From NCBI GenBank assembly GCA_973895155.1, contig OZ316894.1, positions 19,846,451 through 19,910,450 of the forward strand: a DNA stretch of 64,000 nucleotides, written 5' to 3'. Below the pieces are notes generated by a model, which saw only the letters and a program-made list of their open reading frames with translations, searched no databases and was not told where the DNA came from. Shown here one piece after another: positions 1 through 12,087 of the stretch (position 1 is the first letter of the stretch; each line of letters starts with the position of its first letter). Source of the DNA: Marsupella aquatica. Taxonomy: Eukaryota; Plantae; Marchantiophyta. Position numbers and translations under genes: made by a program.

Positions 1-935
1 ATGCTTTTTCGTTGTTGTTGGTCTCCCCCTGGTTGTTTTTCTTGCAAAGCATTGACACCTTACTCTATTTTGCTCACAATCTTGTCTATGACCCAAGCAG
101 AGCCACAACATGACTGCAACAACAACAACACGATGGCTATAACAACTCTGCTACACACGAGCATGGCTAGTTTCTAATGACAAGGCTCCCAAGTATGGTT
201 CCTTGTGTAAGTGAGTCGCCCTGTTATGTTGCATATTAACAAGGCACCTCCTGTCCTTTCAACAAAACTATACAACTTTTTGTATAGCATTGCCTGATTA
301 TCTTACTTATAAAGCGCCAAATATAATCTAGAGTTGGGGCCTAGGCTTCTAGAGTGAAGCCTCTAGGCACTAAGTCCATGGCTCATCATGTGTATGGGAA
401 ACTCATGACTATGATGTATGTCAATTGATAATCATGTATTCTTTGGGTGAAGATTTCTATTTATATCAAAGAATGAGCTCCATGGCCCCACCATAACTTA
501 CAATATGTGCATAAAGCAAGGGATGTGCATCAAAGAGATTATGGGATGTTATGCATGATTATTAAAATGATGACATATATGATTGTTTTTTACTTCAAAA
601 AATGTGACATTTTTATATTTTGGTGACATTTTTATTGTCCTCCCCGCTATTGGTGTTCAAAGAACGGGTAGTTGGGGCTAGTTTCTCATAACAAGGCACC
701 TCCCTTTGTTTAAACACACATTCTGACTGCCCATAATTTTGCAACTTAGTGGCGGGATTAAACCTGTCCCAGAGTCACTCCGAGTAGTCCCCACCCACTT
801 TTTCCGCTTCCTAGCTCACAACCAGAGACATCCTAGAGGCTTTAGTCTAGAAGTAGGCACAAAGTGTATCTTGCTTAGCACTTTACTAGACATTAGACAG
901 AGTAGCCTAAGTGCCTCTTGGTTTGAACTTGTGTG

Positions 936-1210
936 TGCCATCTTAAGAGACTCACCTTACCCCCAATCCCCATTCCTCACTTGCATCCTCAACTTCAGTT
1001 ACACCCCAAATCACTGTCTTGAGTCACCCTACACAGTAAGCCCAGAGTGATAACTTTTAATCTCAATTCAAGCTTGAGGTGCCATCTTCAGAGACTCACC
1101 TTACCCCCAAATCTCCATTTTCAACTTGCATCCTCAACTTCAGTTACCCCTAATCACCGTCTAGAGTCACCCTACACCATAGGCCCCGAATAGTAACTTT
1201 TAATTGCAAT
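936..1210. repeat. Imperfect tandem duplication, two units of about 143 bp
   Basis: 'gtgccatctt[a/c]agagactcaccttacccc...cttgcatcctcaacttcagttac...gagtcaccctacac...taacttttaat' occurs at about 936 and again at about 1079. Confidence 0.75.
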
Positions 1211-2153
1211 GGTACGCATGAAAAAATGTCCTAGTTTTTAACTTCACCCAAGATGCACATTTCACAAAGAGGGCACCTCCTCTACTCATCAGGCGGTTAT
1301 TGCAAAGCCCCACTGTATCATAGAATAACACTCCATGATTCGTAGCGAACGAAATAAAAATTTGTCAAAAAGTTCAATAGCCAATGAAATTCATTTGGTG
1401 TTTTCGAGGCAAAAAAGGAAAAAAGGGTCAATAGCCATAGATTGACGTATGAGAAGGCCACCTGGCTGCTTGCCAATGAGTATGGCATCGACCTGCTTGT
1501 CGTCAGATTCAGGATAAGAAACTGGAGGTCCATTCTACACCTACTCTTCTCTCGGATTACAGTGGCTCCCCTGGCTTCACGCTACAGTCTTGGGTTCCTA
1601 GCTGCTGTCTTTCTTTTTGTTCTGTTCGTGGTCATTCGGCCATGTCAAGTTTCTCTCTTTCCATCGAGCTATTTTCCTGGGGCTGCTGTCGGTCATGCTC
1701 AGAGAACCAACCATCTATGGTTTCCACTGTTTTTGCCTCCTCCCCTTCCCCTGTCCTGGATTGCTCCGCTTTGATCTAAGATCTTTATAAAACTCTACTT
1801 TTACAATCTGAAGAAAAGGCTCTGAGTTTCAATTGTGCCTGAAGAAAAGACTCAGGGCAACCAAAGAAAGAGTCCACCCGTCTCCTGCCATTGATTGTTT
1901 CCTTCCTTTCCTTTCCTCCCCTCCCCTCCGCCATTGAGGAGGACTAGTATCCACCCTCCACACACCCCACTGCCGTCCCAGACCAAACAGCAACAGCAGC
2001 TCAGCTCGGTTCGGCTCAACCAGCTCGACATAGCGGTTCCCACGACGACATTACAGGGACGGAGCATGATTTGACGAGCAGCAGATTGGGATAGAGCTGT
2101 GAGGACGACCCTCCTCTGTCAAAGGAGTCGAAGGATTCATATAATTTGTCGAC

Positions 2154-4699
2154 ATGGCGACTAGCTTTGCAGTGTCCAGCAAGTGTGGGATGAGTTTATC
2201 ATCAGCTTTCCACGGAACAGGGATCTCGAGCTCTTTGAGCTTGGACACTGACGTGCGGGCTTTCAATGTGCAGCCCAGCCATGGAAGCAAGAGGCGCGGG
2301 CACAGGGCTGTTGTGCTGTGCAAGGCTGGCCCAGACGTCAGGCCTGTGATCATTGGACTGGCTGCCGATTCAGGATGTGGCAAGAGTACCTTCATGAGAC
2401 GGTTGACGAGTGTGTTCGGTGGAGCTGCGAGCCCTCCGAGGGGCGGAAACCCCGATTCCAACACTCTCATTAGTGATACCACTACTGTCATCTGCTTGGA
2501 TGATTATCATTCACTGGACAGGTATGGCAGGAAGGAGAAGGCCGTTACAGCTTTGGACCCGCGCGCCAACAATTTCGATCTCATGTACGAGCAAGTGAAG
2601 GCTATCAAGGAGGGAAAGTCTATTGAGAAGCCCATCTACAATCATGTCACTGGACTCCTCGACCCTGCGGAAACTATTGCTGCACCCAAGATCTTCGTGA
2701 TCGAAGGACTGCATCCCATGTGAGTCTTCTCACTTCCCTTGCTATTCCGTCCTCCCTCCTGGTTAATTCACTCGGGAACATCACTATTAGGCGGGAGAGG
2801 TGGACTGAATCACTGGCGCCATGAAGGCAATGAGGTAGCTATGAACTCACACAGAAGGCTGGCCGAGGCCACGAAGTTCCTGGTTGCCTGTCGAAAATGG
2901 ATTAACGTACTCCCACTGGTCTGCACCTGTAGATTTCAGCCGAAGATGCACCCTCCCTCCTCATCTTATAAATGCCGAGGTAGTATGTCAACCATTAAGT
3001 GTAGAGTCGAGCTGAAACTTCCTGGTTGAATTTTACACGTCCTCTACCTCCAAGAGAGAATTATCCACAACTCCGCCTGTTGTTTTCGTCTTGGACTGAT
3101 CGAGTAAATCAGTGAAATTGTGGAACGAATGCCTGGTGGTGAATTTATGATTGTGATGTTTTCCACTTGAATACCTCGATAAGTGAAATCGATACCTGGG
3201 AAATTATTGTTAATTACACCTATCAATAAGAAAGTTTAGTTAAGTTTATCTTTCAGACGTGGAATTCTGAGTGCCGGTGTTGTCACTTGGGACAAAATAT
3301 GCATTCACTGTGGTGAGACGGGAAAATTCTTCAATGTGGGTTTTGATATCGGCAGAGTTACATGTTCGTGGCTTGTGTAACGGAGTTCGCGGGACGTTTA
3401 CGCCGCCGCCCGCAGCTTTAGAAATGTGAAATTCTTATCATTCTCTTGGCTCCACTTTGACATTGTTGTAGGTTTGACGAGCGGGTGAGGGATCTCCTGG
3501 ACTTCAGCATCTACCTAGACATCAGTGACGATGTCAAGTTTGCATGGAAGATTCAGGTAATTTCCTCTGTTTCTACCCGTGCTGTCTATGTGGATTCTGT
3601 ATGCGCCGTATTTTTTTAGTAAAGAAGACTCTGCATTGGATCGGTCTATTGGAGCAGTGTCGGTGCTCGTATGAGAAGACGAATTTCTGGCAGCATGTTT
3701 TCTCAGTGTGGTGGCAGCCCTTGTCCGAGAAGTCGTATCCTGATTCCCTTGGATGGTAGATTGCGTGTCGCTAATGTATAATGTAGGCGTAAGTAGTTCA
3801 CTTCCATCAGTATTGTGAATAGTGGCCTGTGTCTGTTGTGTATGTGACAGCGCGACATGGCTGAGCGAGGACACAGCTTGGAGAGTATTAAGGCTAGCAT
3901 TGCTGCACGCAAGCCGGACTTCGATGCTTTTATTGGTAATTTCTTCCTCGACCACTTTCTGATAAACTCTGTATCCAACCACTTCATAGACACTCGATCG
4001 TTTCTCTCGTCATCAGTATGAGCTTGTCTGCTGACCTTTAAAACAACTTCTGCTCGCAGATCCCCAGAAGCAGCACGCTGATATTGTAATCCAAGTGCTG
4101 CCCACCCAGCTCATTCCCGATGACAACGAGGGCAAGATCTTGAGGGTCAAGATGATCATGAAGGAGGGAGTGTCCGACTTCGAGCCGGTCCATCTGTTCG
4201 ATGAAGGCTCCACCATTACCTGGATCCCTTGCGGCAGAAAGTTGACCTGCTCGTATCCCGGAATCACGTTTACCTATGGTCCAGACACCTACTACGGACA
4301 TGAGGTACATTGTGACGGGGCGAGTTGGGCAAATTTGAACCGTCAGCCCTGGTCTCAGGTTCCGTGCTCTATTTGTGATTAATGGGAATTGAAGTATTGG
4401 CATTCAGTCGTTTTGTAGTTATTGATACCAGATGCATTCAATTTGTACAGGTTTCCGTTCTCGAAATGGACGGTCAATTCGACAAACTGGACGAGCTGAT
4501 TTATGTGGAGAGTCATTTGAGCAACATTTCGACTAAGTTCTACGGAGAGATCACCCAACAGATGTTGAAACACGCTGACTTCCCCGGTAGCAACAACGGA
4601 ACAGGATTGTTCCAAACCATCGTAGGTCTCAAAATTAGGGAGGTGTTTGAGAAAATTGTGGCAAGAGAGGCGGTGAAATTGGAATCAGCTAAGGCTTAA
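2154..4699 (+). CDS. PRK: Phosphoribulokinase, chloroplastic (5 exons: 2154-2719, 3472-3556, 3851-3935, 4060-4304, 4451-4699)
   Basis: A Ser-rich transit peptide is followed by IGLAADSGCGKSTFMRR (P-loop), ICLDDYHSLDR, EGLHPM|FDERVRDLLDFSIYLD, RDMAERGHSLESIKASI, DPQKQHAD and FPGSNNGTGLFQTIVGLKIRE. All four introns are GT-AG and the phases join in frame. Confidence 0.97.
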
Positions 4700-5663
4700 A
4701 TGATTGTAAAATTTGTAACTAGTTTGACTGCACTGCTAGTCATGTACAATAGAAGTTTTGCAAGCTCTGAAGATCGGTTTAGAGTCACCAGTTCTCTTCT
4801 CTATTCAATGTGGGGACAAAGCTGTGAGGAAGTGATGCACTCATGCTCTGAAGAAAAATTCATTCATAACCTGCCGACTGGCTTTGGCTTAGAAGCAAGC
4901 CAAATTGTATAACTTATGTCAACAGCCCGGCGCACATAATTATTGGCTTGAATGGTCATTTTATTGGCATTGATGAAGCTTTCTGGCAGCATGGAATTGT
5001 TGTAGCTCATGAGGGAGTAGCTGATTTTTTGGCCAGTTGCTCTCCAGATATTCCTGACGGAATGAAGGGAGATGCTATTGGGGATTTTTCTAGTCGTCAA
5101 ATACGACATACGGACAAGATTTTGGACCCACAATTCTGTAACTTTTTAACCATGGGATGAAAATTTTGAGTTTCGGATACACATGGTAGAAATTCTCAAA
5201 GAATTGACTGAACGGAATCCTCGCTTGTATATGACTCGTCCTGTGATGTCCGTGCCTCTAGTTTCTGTTTAGCCTCTTCTATGGAATGTTGAAGACTGCA
5301 AGACTGAAAGATGTCGGTATACAGTCAAAGATGTTCAAATACTTCATTGAAACTAACCCAAAAAAACTGGAAGTAATGAAGCTAAAGCCCAGATGGACAC
5401 AGACCTTTGACATGATGGCAGGTTGGAGTGACAAAACCATCATAGACATAAACGTGTCACAAAATTGAATATTACAGTTTAGGCGTACAGACATCTTTGA
5501 AACATCCGTGAAGGTTAGACCTCCGTCTATTACAGCTATGGTGCTAAGAGTCCAAGCTTTTCACTTGAAGACAGGTATCCCCCGTGGCTCAAGCTGGCTG
5601 TCCATTACAGAATTAATGCACAAGCCGCCCCATTGAAATATCTATCCGAAACAATCTCCACAG

Positions 5664-6045
5664 TTACAGTTTGTAGCCCAAGTATTCTGCGCGGGTTCCT
5701 CCCAGGTAGTCATCTGAATCATCCCTCGAGGATTCGATTGATAGAGCCAATTCTGCATCTGCGCGAGCTCCTTCCGTGTCATTTAACAAGAATTTGACAT
5801 AACCACGGTGCTTCAGCACTTCATAGTCAATGGTCTTTAGCTTTAAAGCTTCGTCCAAATCTTCCAGGGCGCCCCCCAGATCTCCTATTATTCGCTTCAA
5901 GACGCCCCTCTCCTGCAAGACAAAATGTCGGCATCCGTCAAGTTGAATGCCTCGTTGGCATCGTCCAGTGCCCCTTGAAAATCTCCTAGTTCTGCCTTTA
6001 CAAAAATTCTCGAACTGCCATCACAAATAGCACACTGAGTAATGC
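5664..6045 (-). pseudogene. TPR-repeat exon, copy 1 (frameshifted)
   Basis: Translates as KAELGDFQGALDDANEAF / QERGVLKRIIGDLGGALEDLDEAL / VLKHRGYVKFLLNDTEGARADAELAL, a TPR-type pattern. A net 4-bp loss near 5925 relative to copy 2 breaks the frame. Confidence 0.65.
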
Positions 6046-6628
6046 TGCCAAATAGATCACACGAGTGAGATCTAACAAGTTCCCTATTCTTTGCAACTTT
6101 GGCTCCCGCAACATTTCCACAATAGCTATGTTATTGATTCCAAGCAATGCGAAATGCGACTAGGCTTGGATGTTTCCAAATGTACCGTGCATCTGTTGCA
6201 TTTTCAATGATAAGATCTTTCCTATCTGGCTAGAAAGTTGGAATTTTCCTGTGCTTTGGAATGTATTCGTAGTTCTACTAGGTGAGAATCCGGTTAGCGA
6301 CCAAAATCAAAACTCAAATGAGGAAAAAAGAAAAGAGAAAAGAGAATATTCTGGAAATTCCGATTTCGTCAATTAGTTAGGCACCCAATAATCAGCATCA
6401 CCGATATCCGTATCAAACTGAGCATCTCAAATCCAGTTACGAAGCAGCTATGTCAGGACAGTGTCTTACTGTATAGATATTTAACTATTCTCAAGGACGT
6501 CAAATTGAATCTTCGCGTCCATACATCCATTGCCGTTAGCTTCATTAGTCACTACAAATCTATTTTATTTTGAGACGGTCCATTTCGTTGGATGATCAAC
6601 TGCTCTGCTTCTTTCTATGCGAATCTAT

Positions 6629-7304
6629 TCACACACAATAAAGGGCTGCGTCGATCGATATCAGTGATAACTTCACGTACCTTAAACTATCGGCATCAAG
6701 TTCTTGATCTCCCACCAAGTAGTAAGACCCTCCTCGATCTAGACTACGGTGGTCATTTTGTGACAAGTCATTCACCACACCAATGAGAGCACCCGCCTCT
6801 TTGGCGACTCTCAACTGCAAAGTATTGTCGGTCGAACTGGCAACATTTGCCAACGCCCGTGCTACTTCTTCTTGTAAACCACACTGGTCATTCAGAGCAT
6901 TATCGGATGAACAAGCAAGATGTGCCAATGCCAGTGCTGCTGTTTCTTGTAAATCACGGTCCTCATCCTGTGACAAGCAATTCACCAGGCCAACCAGAGC
7001 CCCCTGTGCATCGGCAACTCTCAACTTCAGAGCATTATCGGATGAACAAGCAAGATTTGCCAATGCCCGTGCTGCTGTTTTTTGTAAATCACGGTGCTCA
7101 TCCTGTGACAAGCAATTCACCAGGCCAACCAGAGCCCCCTGTGCATCGGCAACTCTCAGCTGCAGAGCATTATCGGTCGAATTTACAAGATTTGCCAATG
7201 CCCATGCTGCTTCTTCTTGTAAATCACGGTGCTCATCCTGTGAGAAGCAATTCACCAGGCCAACCAGAGCCCCCTGTGCATCGGCAACTCTCAACTTCAG
7301 AGCA
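6629..7304 (-). pseudogene. Out-of-frame 3' remainder of the copy-1 ARM array
   Basis: ORF 6629..7294 continues the same 45-aa repeats in another frame after a 62-bp deletion at about 7315. It contains one more shortened unit and a degraded capping region. Confidence 0.7.
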
Positions 7305-8880
7305 TTATCGGATGAACAAGCAATTCACCAGGCCAACCAGAGCCCGCTGTGCATCGGCAACTCTCAACTGCAGAGCATTATCGGATGAACCGGCAAGATT
7401 TGCCAATGCCCGTGCTGCTGTTTCTTGTAAATCACGGTGCTCATCCTGTGACAAGCAATTCGCCAGGCCAACCAGAGCCCCCTGTGCATCGGCAACTCTC
7501 AACTGCAGAGCATTATCGGATGAACCGGCAAGATTTGCCAATGCCCCTGCTGCTGTTTTTTGTAAATCACGGTGCTCATCCTGTGACAAGCAATTCACCA
7601 GGCCAACCAGAGCCCCCTGTGCATCGGCAACTCTCAACTTCAGAGCATTATCGGATAAACCGGCAAGATTTGCCAATGCCAGTGCTGCTGTTTTTTGTAA
7701 ATCACGGTGCTTATCCTGTGACAAGCAATTCACCAGGCCAACCAGAGCCCCCTCTGCATCGGCAACTCTCAACTGCAGAGCATTATCGGATGAACCGGCA
7801 AGATTTGCCAATGCCAGTGCTGCTGTTTTTTGTAAATCACGGTGCTCATCCTGTGACAAGCAATTCACCAGGCCAACCAGAGCCCCCTGTGCATCGGCAA
7901 CTCTCAACTTCAGAGCATTATCGGATAAACCGGCAAGATTTGCCAATGCCAGTGCTGCTGTTTTTTGTAAATCACGGTGCTTATCCTGTGACAAGCAATT
8001 CACCAGGCCAACCAGAGCCCCCTCTGCATCGGCAACTCTCAACTTCAGAGCATTATCGGATGAACCGGCAAGATTTGCCAATGCCCGTGCTGCTGTTTCT
8101 TGTAAATCACGGTGCTCATCCTGTGACAAGCAATTCACCAGGCCAACCAGAGCCCCCTCTGCATCGGCAACTCTCAACTTCAGAGCATTATCGGATGAAC
8201 CGGCAAGATTTGCCAATGCCCGTGCTGCTGTTTTTTGTAAATCACGGTGCTCATCCTGTGACAAGCAATTCACCAGGCCAACCAGAGCCCCCTGTGCATC
8301 GGCAACTCTCAACTTCAGAGCATTATCGGATGAACCGGCAAGATTTGCCAATGCCAGTGCTGCTGTTTTTTGTAAATCACGGTGCTTATCCTGTGACAAG
8401 CAATTCACCAGGCCAACCAGAGCCCCCTCTGCATCGGCAACTCTCAACTCCACAGCATTATCAGTCGAACCGGCAAGATTTGCCAATGCCCGTGCTGCTG
8501 TTTTTTGTAAATCACGGTGCTCATCCTGTGACAAGCAATTCACCAGGCCAACCAGAGCCCCCTGTGCATCGGCAACTCTCAACTGCAGAGCATTATCGGA
8601 TGAACCGGCAAGATTTGCCAATGCCCGTGCTGCTGTTTCTTGTAAATCACGGTGCTCATCCTGTGACAAGCAATTCACCAGGCCAACCAGAGCCCCCTCT
8701 GCATCGGCAACTCTCAACTTCAGAGCATTATCGGATGAACCGGCAAGATTTGCCAATGCCCCTGCTGCTGTTTTTTGTAAATCACGGTGCTCATCCTGTG
8801 ACAAGCAATTCACCAGGCCAACCAGAGCCCCTTTCTCATCGGCAAGTCTGAACGTTATAGGATCATCTCTCGCTGGTGCC
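6760..8880. repeat. 135-bp coding tandem repeat array, copy 1 (11 consecutive full units plus about 4 further full or partial units)
   Basis: The anchor 'caaccagagc' recurs every 135 bp from 7334 to 8819, and again at 7261, 7126 and 6991. Confidence 0.95.
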
Positions 8881-11800
8881 AAATTTGCCAAAGCGTGTGC
8901 CGCATTTCTTTGTAGGGTAGGCTTGGATTGCTGACACAAGCAATTCACAAGACTGGCGAGTAGGCCCTCTTTGTTGACAATTACTCGGTGAATCCGAATT
9001 TCTTTCGAGAATGCTAAGCCACTCAAGGCTAGAGCCGCATTTTCTGGAAATGCATCCGACTCCCAATCGGGGAGGGTGAGTGAGTGTAGTAGCACGTCCA
9101 AAACACCGGGAGTGTTTCCAACCAGGATTGCTGAGTTGTCATATGAAGCCTTCCAACACACAAGACACAATGTTTTGGAGGCCGCCTCTTGGACACTACT
9201 GGGGAAGCCCTCCTTCAAATTCAAAAGGTCAACTACAGTCTGCAAAAAGGTGATTGTATGTTCGTTGAGCAGAGGCGTATCTTCTATGGACGAAATGTGC
9301 ATAATAAACGCAAGGGTGGCCAACTGTACGGAAGGACAAGCACCCAAGTTCAGCAGGTAAGTGATGTTGTCGTTATCTAGCCGGCGGTTGCATATGAAGT
9401 TGAGAAGGACCTGTAATAAAAGAAAGGGAGTCACAATGCCGAGTAATTAAATTCAGTGACAATTATAGATCAGAACTGTCATATGATTGTTTTCTTTTGA
9501 AAATTAATTTCCTAAGGTAGAAAGAAGGCAGAAAATGTATCGAAGAGACAGCTTTCCGACTGCTCTAAAAATCATGCTTCTATTATAATACTCTCTCACA
9601 GTTTCGTATATAAAATGTAGCATGTACGTCTGGCTCTTTCACAATGTTTGTATACACCAAATGTCCACGTTCTACTAAGGAAATTCTGGAATTTGTAGCT
9701 GTTCCAGAAAAATGGTCAAATTGATTTTCGCAAGAGTTACCTACTTAGTACGAAGAATAGCTAGCTGAAGAATATATATGAAGTCTGACTCAGTCTGTCA
9801 CGCACTTGGTTCCATTATGAACTGCTGGATTCAGTGAAAGGAAGTACTAGAATTATTGAGATGATTCTCTTCAATCAGAAATGTTCCAGTCGACTTCAAG
9901 AGAACTAGTCGATTTATATTAATATTATAATTATACTATAGCGAGAGTAAAATGTAGAGGGAAGCACTTCTTCAAGGGCGGCAGGAGAAATACCTTTCTG
10001 ATACGGCACTTGTCCATTTCCGTCCATGGCTCCTCCTCTTCAGGCTTGTCCAAGAGCCATATCAATGGCTCGATAGCTTTCCTCCTTAGATCCTTCATGG
10101 TATCATCAGAATCTACAAGATTGGCTATTTTGGAAGCCTTTGCCATGGCACTAGTCACAACTGGATCCGTATGACAGCCATCAAAGTATAGAGCACAAAG
10201 AGTGATTCTCACTCTCATCTCGTCACTCTCCGGCACTATTTCTATTTCATTACCTACCAATTCCGATTCAGCAGCCTGCAACTTGCATCTGATGCTTGAC
10301 GTGATGCTTGACTCAGGTGAAAAACTGTCATCACCAGACAATGCCCCAATCACATCCCTAACTTCCTGTTTGCCCACAACATGCCGTTCCATATAAAGTT
10401 TCACCAGAGACTGTAGGGACCACGCGGGAGTGTCCTCCTCATTTTCTTCCTTGCCCACATTCATCTTGGATGCCAATGTATCAGCTTTACGCTTCAATAG
10501 TTCTCTCATCCATAATTCATCTGTTGACCTTGTGAATGAAGAGCTTGACATGTTCATACCAGCACAGAAAAGTCGAAGGACCTCTTCGGGAACAGATTCT
10601 GCTTTACATGCATACATCAAGAAGAGTATCCGTTTGGCATCCCTGGTTTCCAGAGATTCTAGACAAAGCGTCATAGCCCCCCAAAGGCTTCTAGGTGTAG
10701 CACTCTCATCGTCTAACACGATAGTTGTAGCTTTAGAGTCTAGTAACTCAGATAATTCCTTCCAAGCTTCTCGCCAAGCCCTTTTATTCTTCTTATCTGC
10801 CTTGTAGGAAAAGGTACTGGCCAAACAGGCCAGAGCTAAAGGATTTCCATCAGTTGCTTGGATCATTTTATCTGCATACTCCTGCATTGAGACAATTTAA
10901 GAAGAAACACGAATTTTTATACCAGTTAGTCGCTAAGGAGACAACTAAAAGAACAATTACTTCAATCACAAATATGCGACTACAATATAAGATTTGCTTT
11001 GAGGGCAACTGACCTGTATGTTGTCAGGAACTTTGTTACACTCCAGCCCCACAAGGGAGGCAAGGATGTTTCTCGCTTCCTCTTTGGAAGCTTCGTCCAT
11101 CTTAATAAGCACAGAGGCATCTTTAAAGTCTTCACATAAATTAGACCTCTGGGAAGTGATGAGAATCTTATCATCTTTGCCGTCTCTGGCAGCCTTCCAC
11201 ATTTCATATACAAACTGCTTATCGGAAACGCCATCTAAGATCATCAAAATCTTCTGGCCAGCAAAAACATTATGGAGAGCGTTGGCGATTCTAGATTTTG
11301 AGCCAATATTCTCCCCAGATTTTGACATGTTTTCCTCGGCTAAACTAGCGGGAGAAAGGTGTTCCAAGATTTCATACTGCTTGGTGGCAAGATTAGATAT
11401 GGAACTATTGCCACACGACACAAAAATCACATGATCAAACACGTTGCTTTTTTCTCCAAATTGCCCATAGCGCTCACAGATATATCTGGCTAGGGTGGAC
11501 TTGCCTTTACCTACGCCACCATGCAATAATATCATGCGAGCCCCGCTCTGAGAATCTTCGATTGCCTTAATGACGGCAGACTGTGATTTTTCTATCGGAA
11601 CGTACTTGTTGTCGTTATTGTGGATAACTGTAGCCATGGCTCTATTCCTGCCTACTTCTCGCATGAGACCATAGAATTGCACTTCCTCCTCGACGATTCT
11701 TGGGATGCTCTCAAGTTCTTGGATCACCATCTGAAATGTCTTTTCTAACCTTTCTGGGAAAAGTGTCAAGTTCACTTTCGCATAAATGCACCAGAATTGG

Positions 11801-12087
11801 GAACAGCACTGGTTGCCAGACACGTTTCTCTCCAACTTGTTTAATCTTGCTTCCGCCTTCTTCAACGCCAATTCGGCTTCCTCTAGTGTCTTCATCATTG
11901 TGCTCTCCACAGGTTGCTGATGGACGCGGACTTGCTCCTCATAGAAAACAAGTCTTGAGCTCAGTATCGCCGCTTTGCTTTGATACTCGGCTGACGCAGT
12001 GAACCAGTCTTCTTTGAAATTCTCAATCTTTGACACAATGTCAAGAATTGAACCGCATACAGTAACGACTTCCTTCACTGCGTCCAT
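7305..12087 (-). CDS. NLR-like STAND protein, copy 1: N-terminal helical domain + NB-ARC + Armadillo-repeat array (exons 12087-11014, 10881-9994, 9410-7305; about 1355 aa, ended by a frameshift)
   Basis: Motifs are P-loop LHGGVGKGKSTLA, Walker B ILMILDGV, RNBS-B KILITSQ, GLPL-like DGNPLALA and MHD-position WSLQSLV, followed by 45-aa ARM-type repeats (LVNCLSQ...LQxxAAxALANLA). Two phase-0 GT-AG introns sit at the same positions in all three copies. Confidence 0.8.

Noticed and set aside
1-1800. Short ORFs (739-1050, 1442-1774) and recurring aacaaggcacctcc motifs upstream of PRK
   Set aside because: The ORFs have no ATG start or domain signal. This is probably TE-derived or promoter DNA that cannot be classified from the window.
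3515-4403. Minus-strand ORFs overlapping PRK and its pseudogenes (also 23018-23403 and 55133-55518)
   Set aside because: They lie antisense to PRK exons and introns, and recur only because the DNA is duplicated.
6760-8880. Possible CRISPR array or TAL-effector repeats
   Set aside because: There are no unique spacers, the context is eukaryotic with introns, and the unit is a 45-aa ARM-like repeat rather than a 34-aa TALE repeat.
6783-8934. Long plus-strand ORFs (695, 500 and 201 aa) over the ARM array, and equivalents at 30485-31535 and 59910-61113
   Set aside because: These are antisense shadows. A 135-bp unit lacking stops in those frames yields long ORFs automatically, and the minus strand has the ARM consensus and splices to the NB-ARC.
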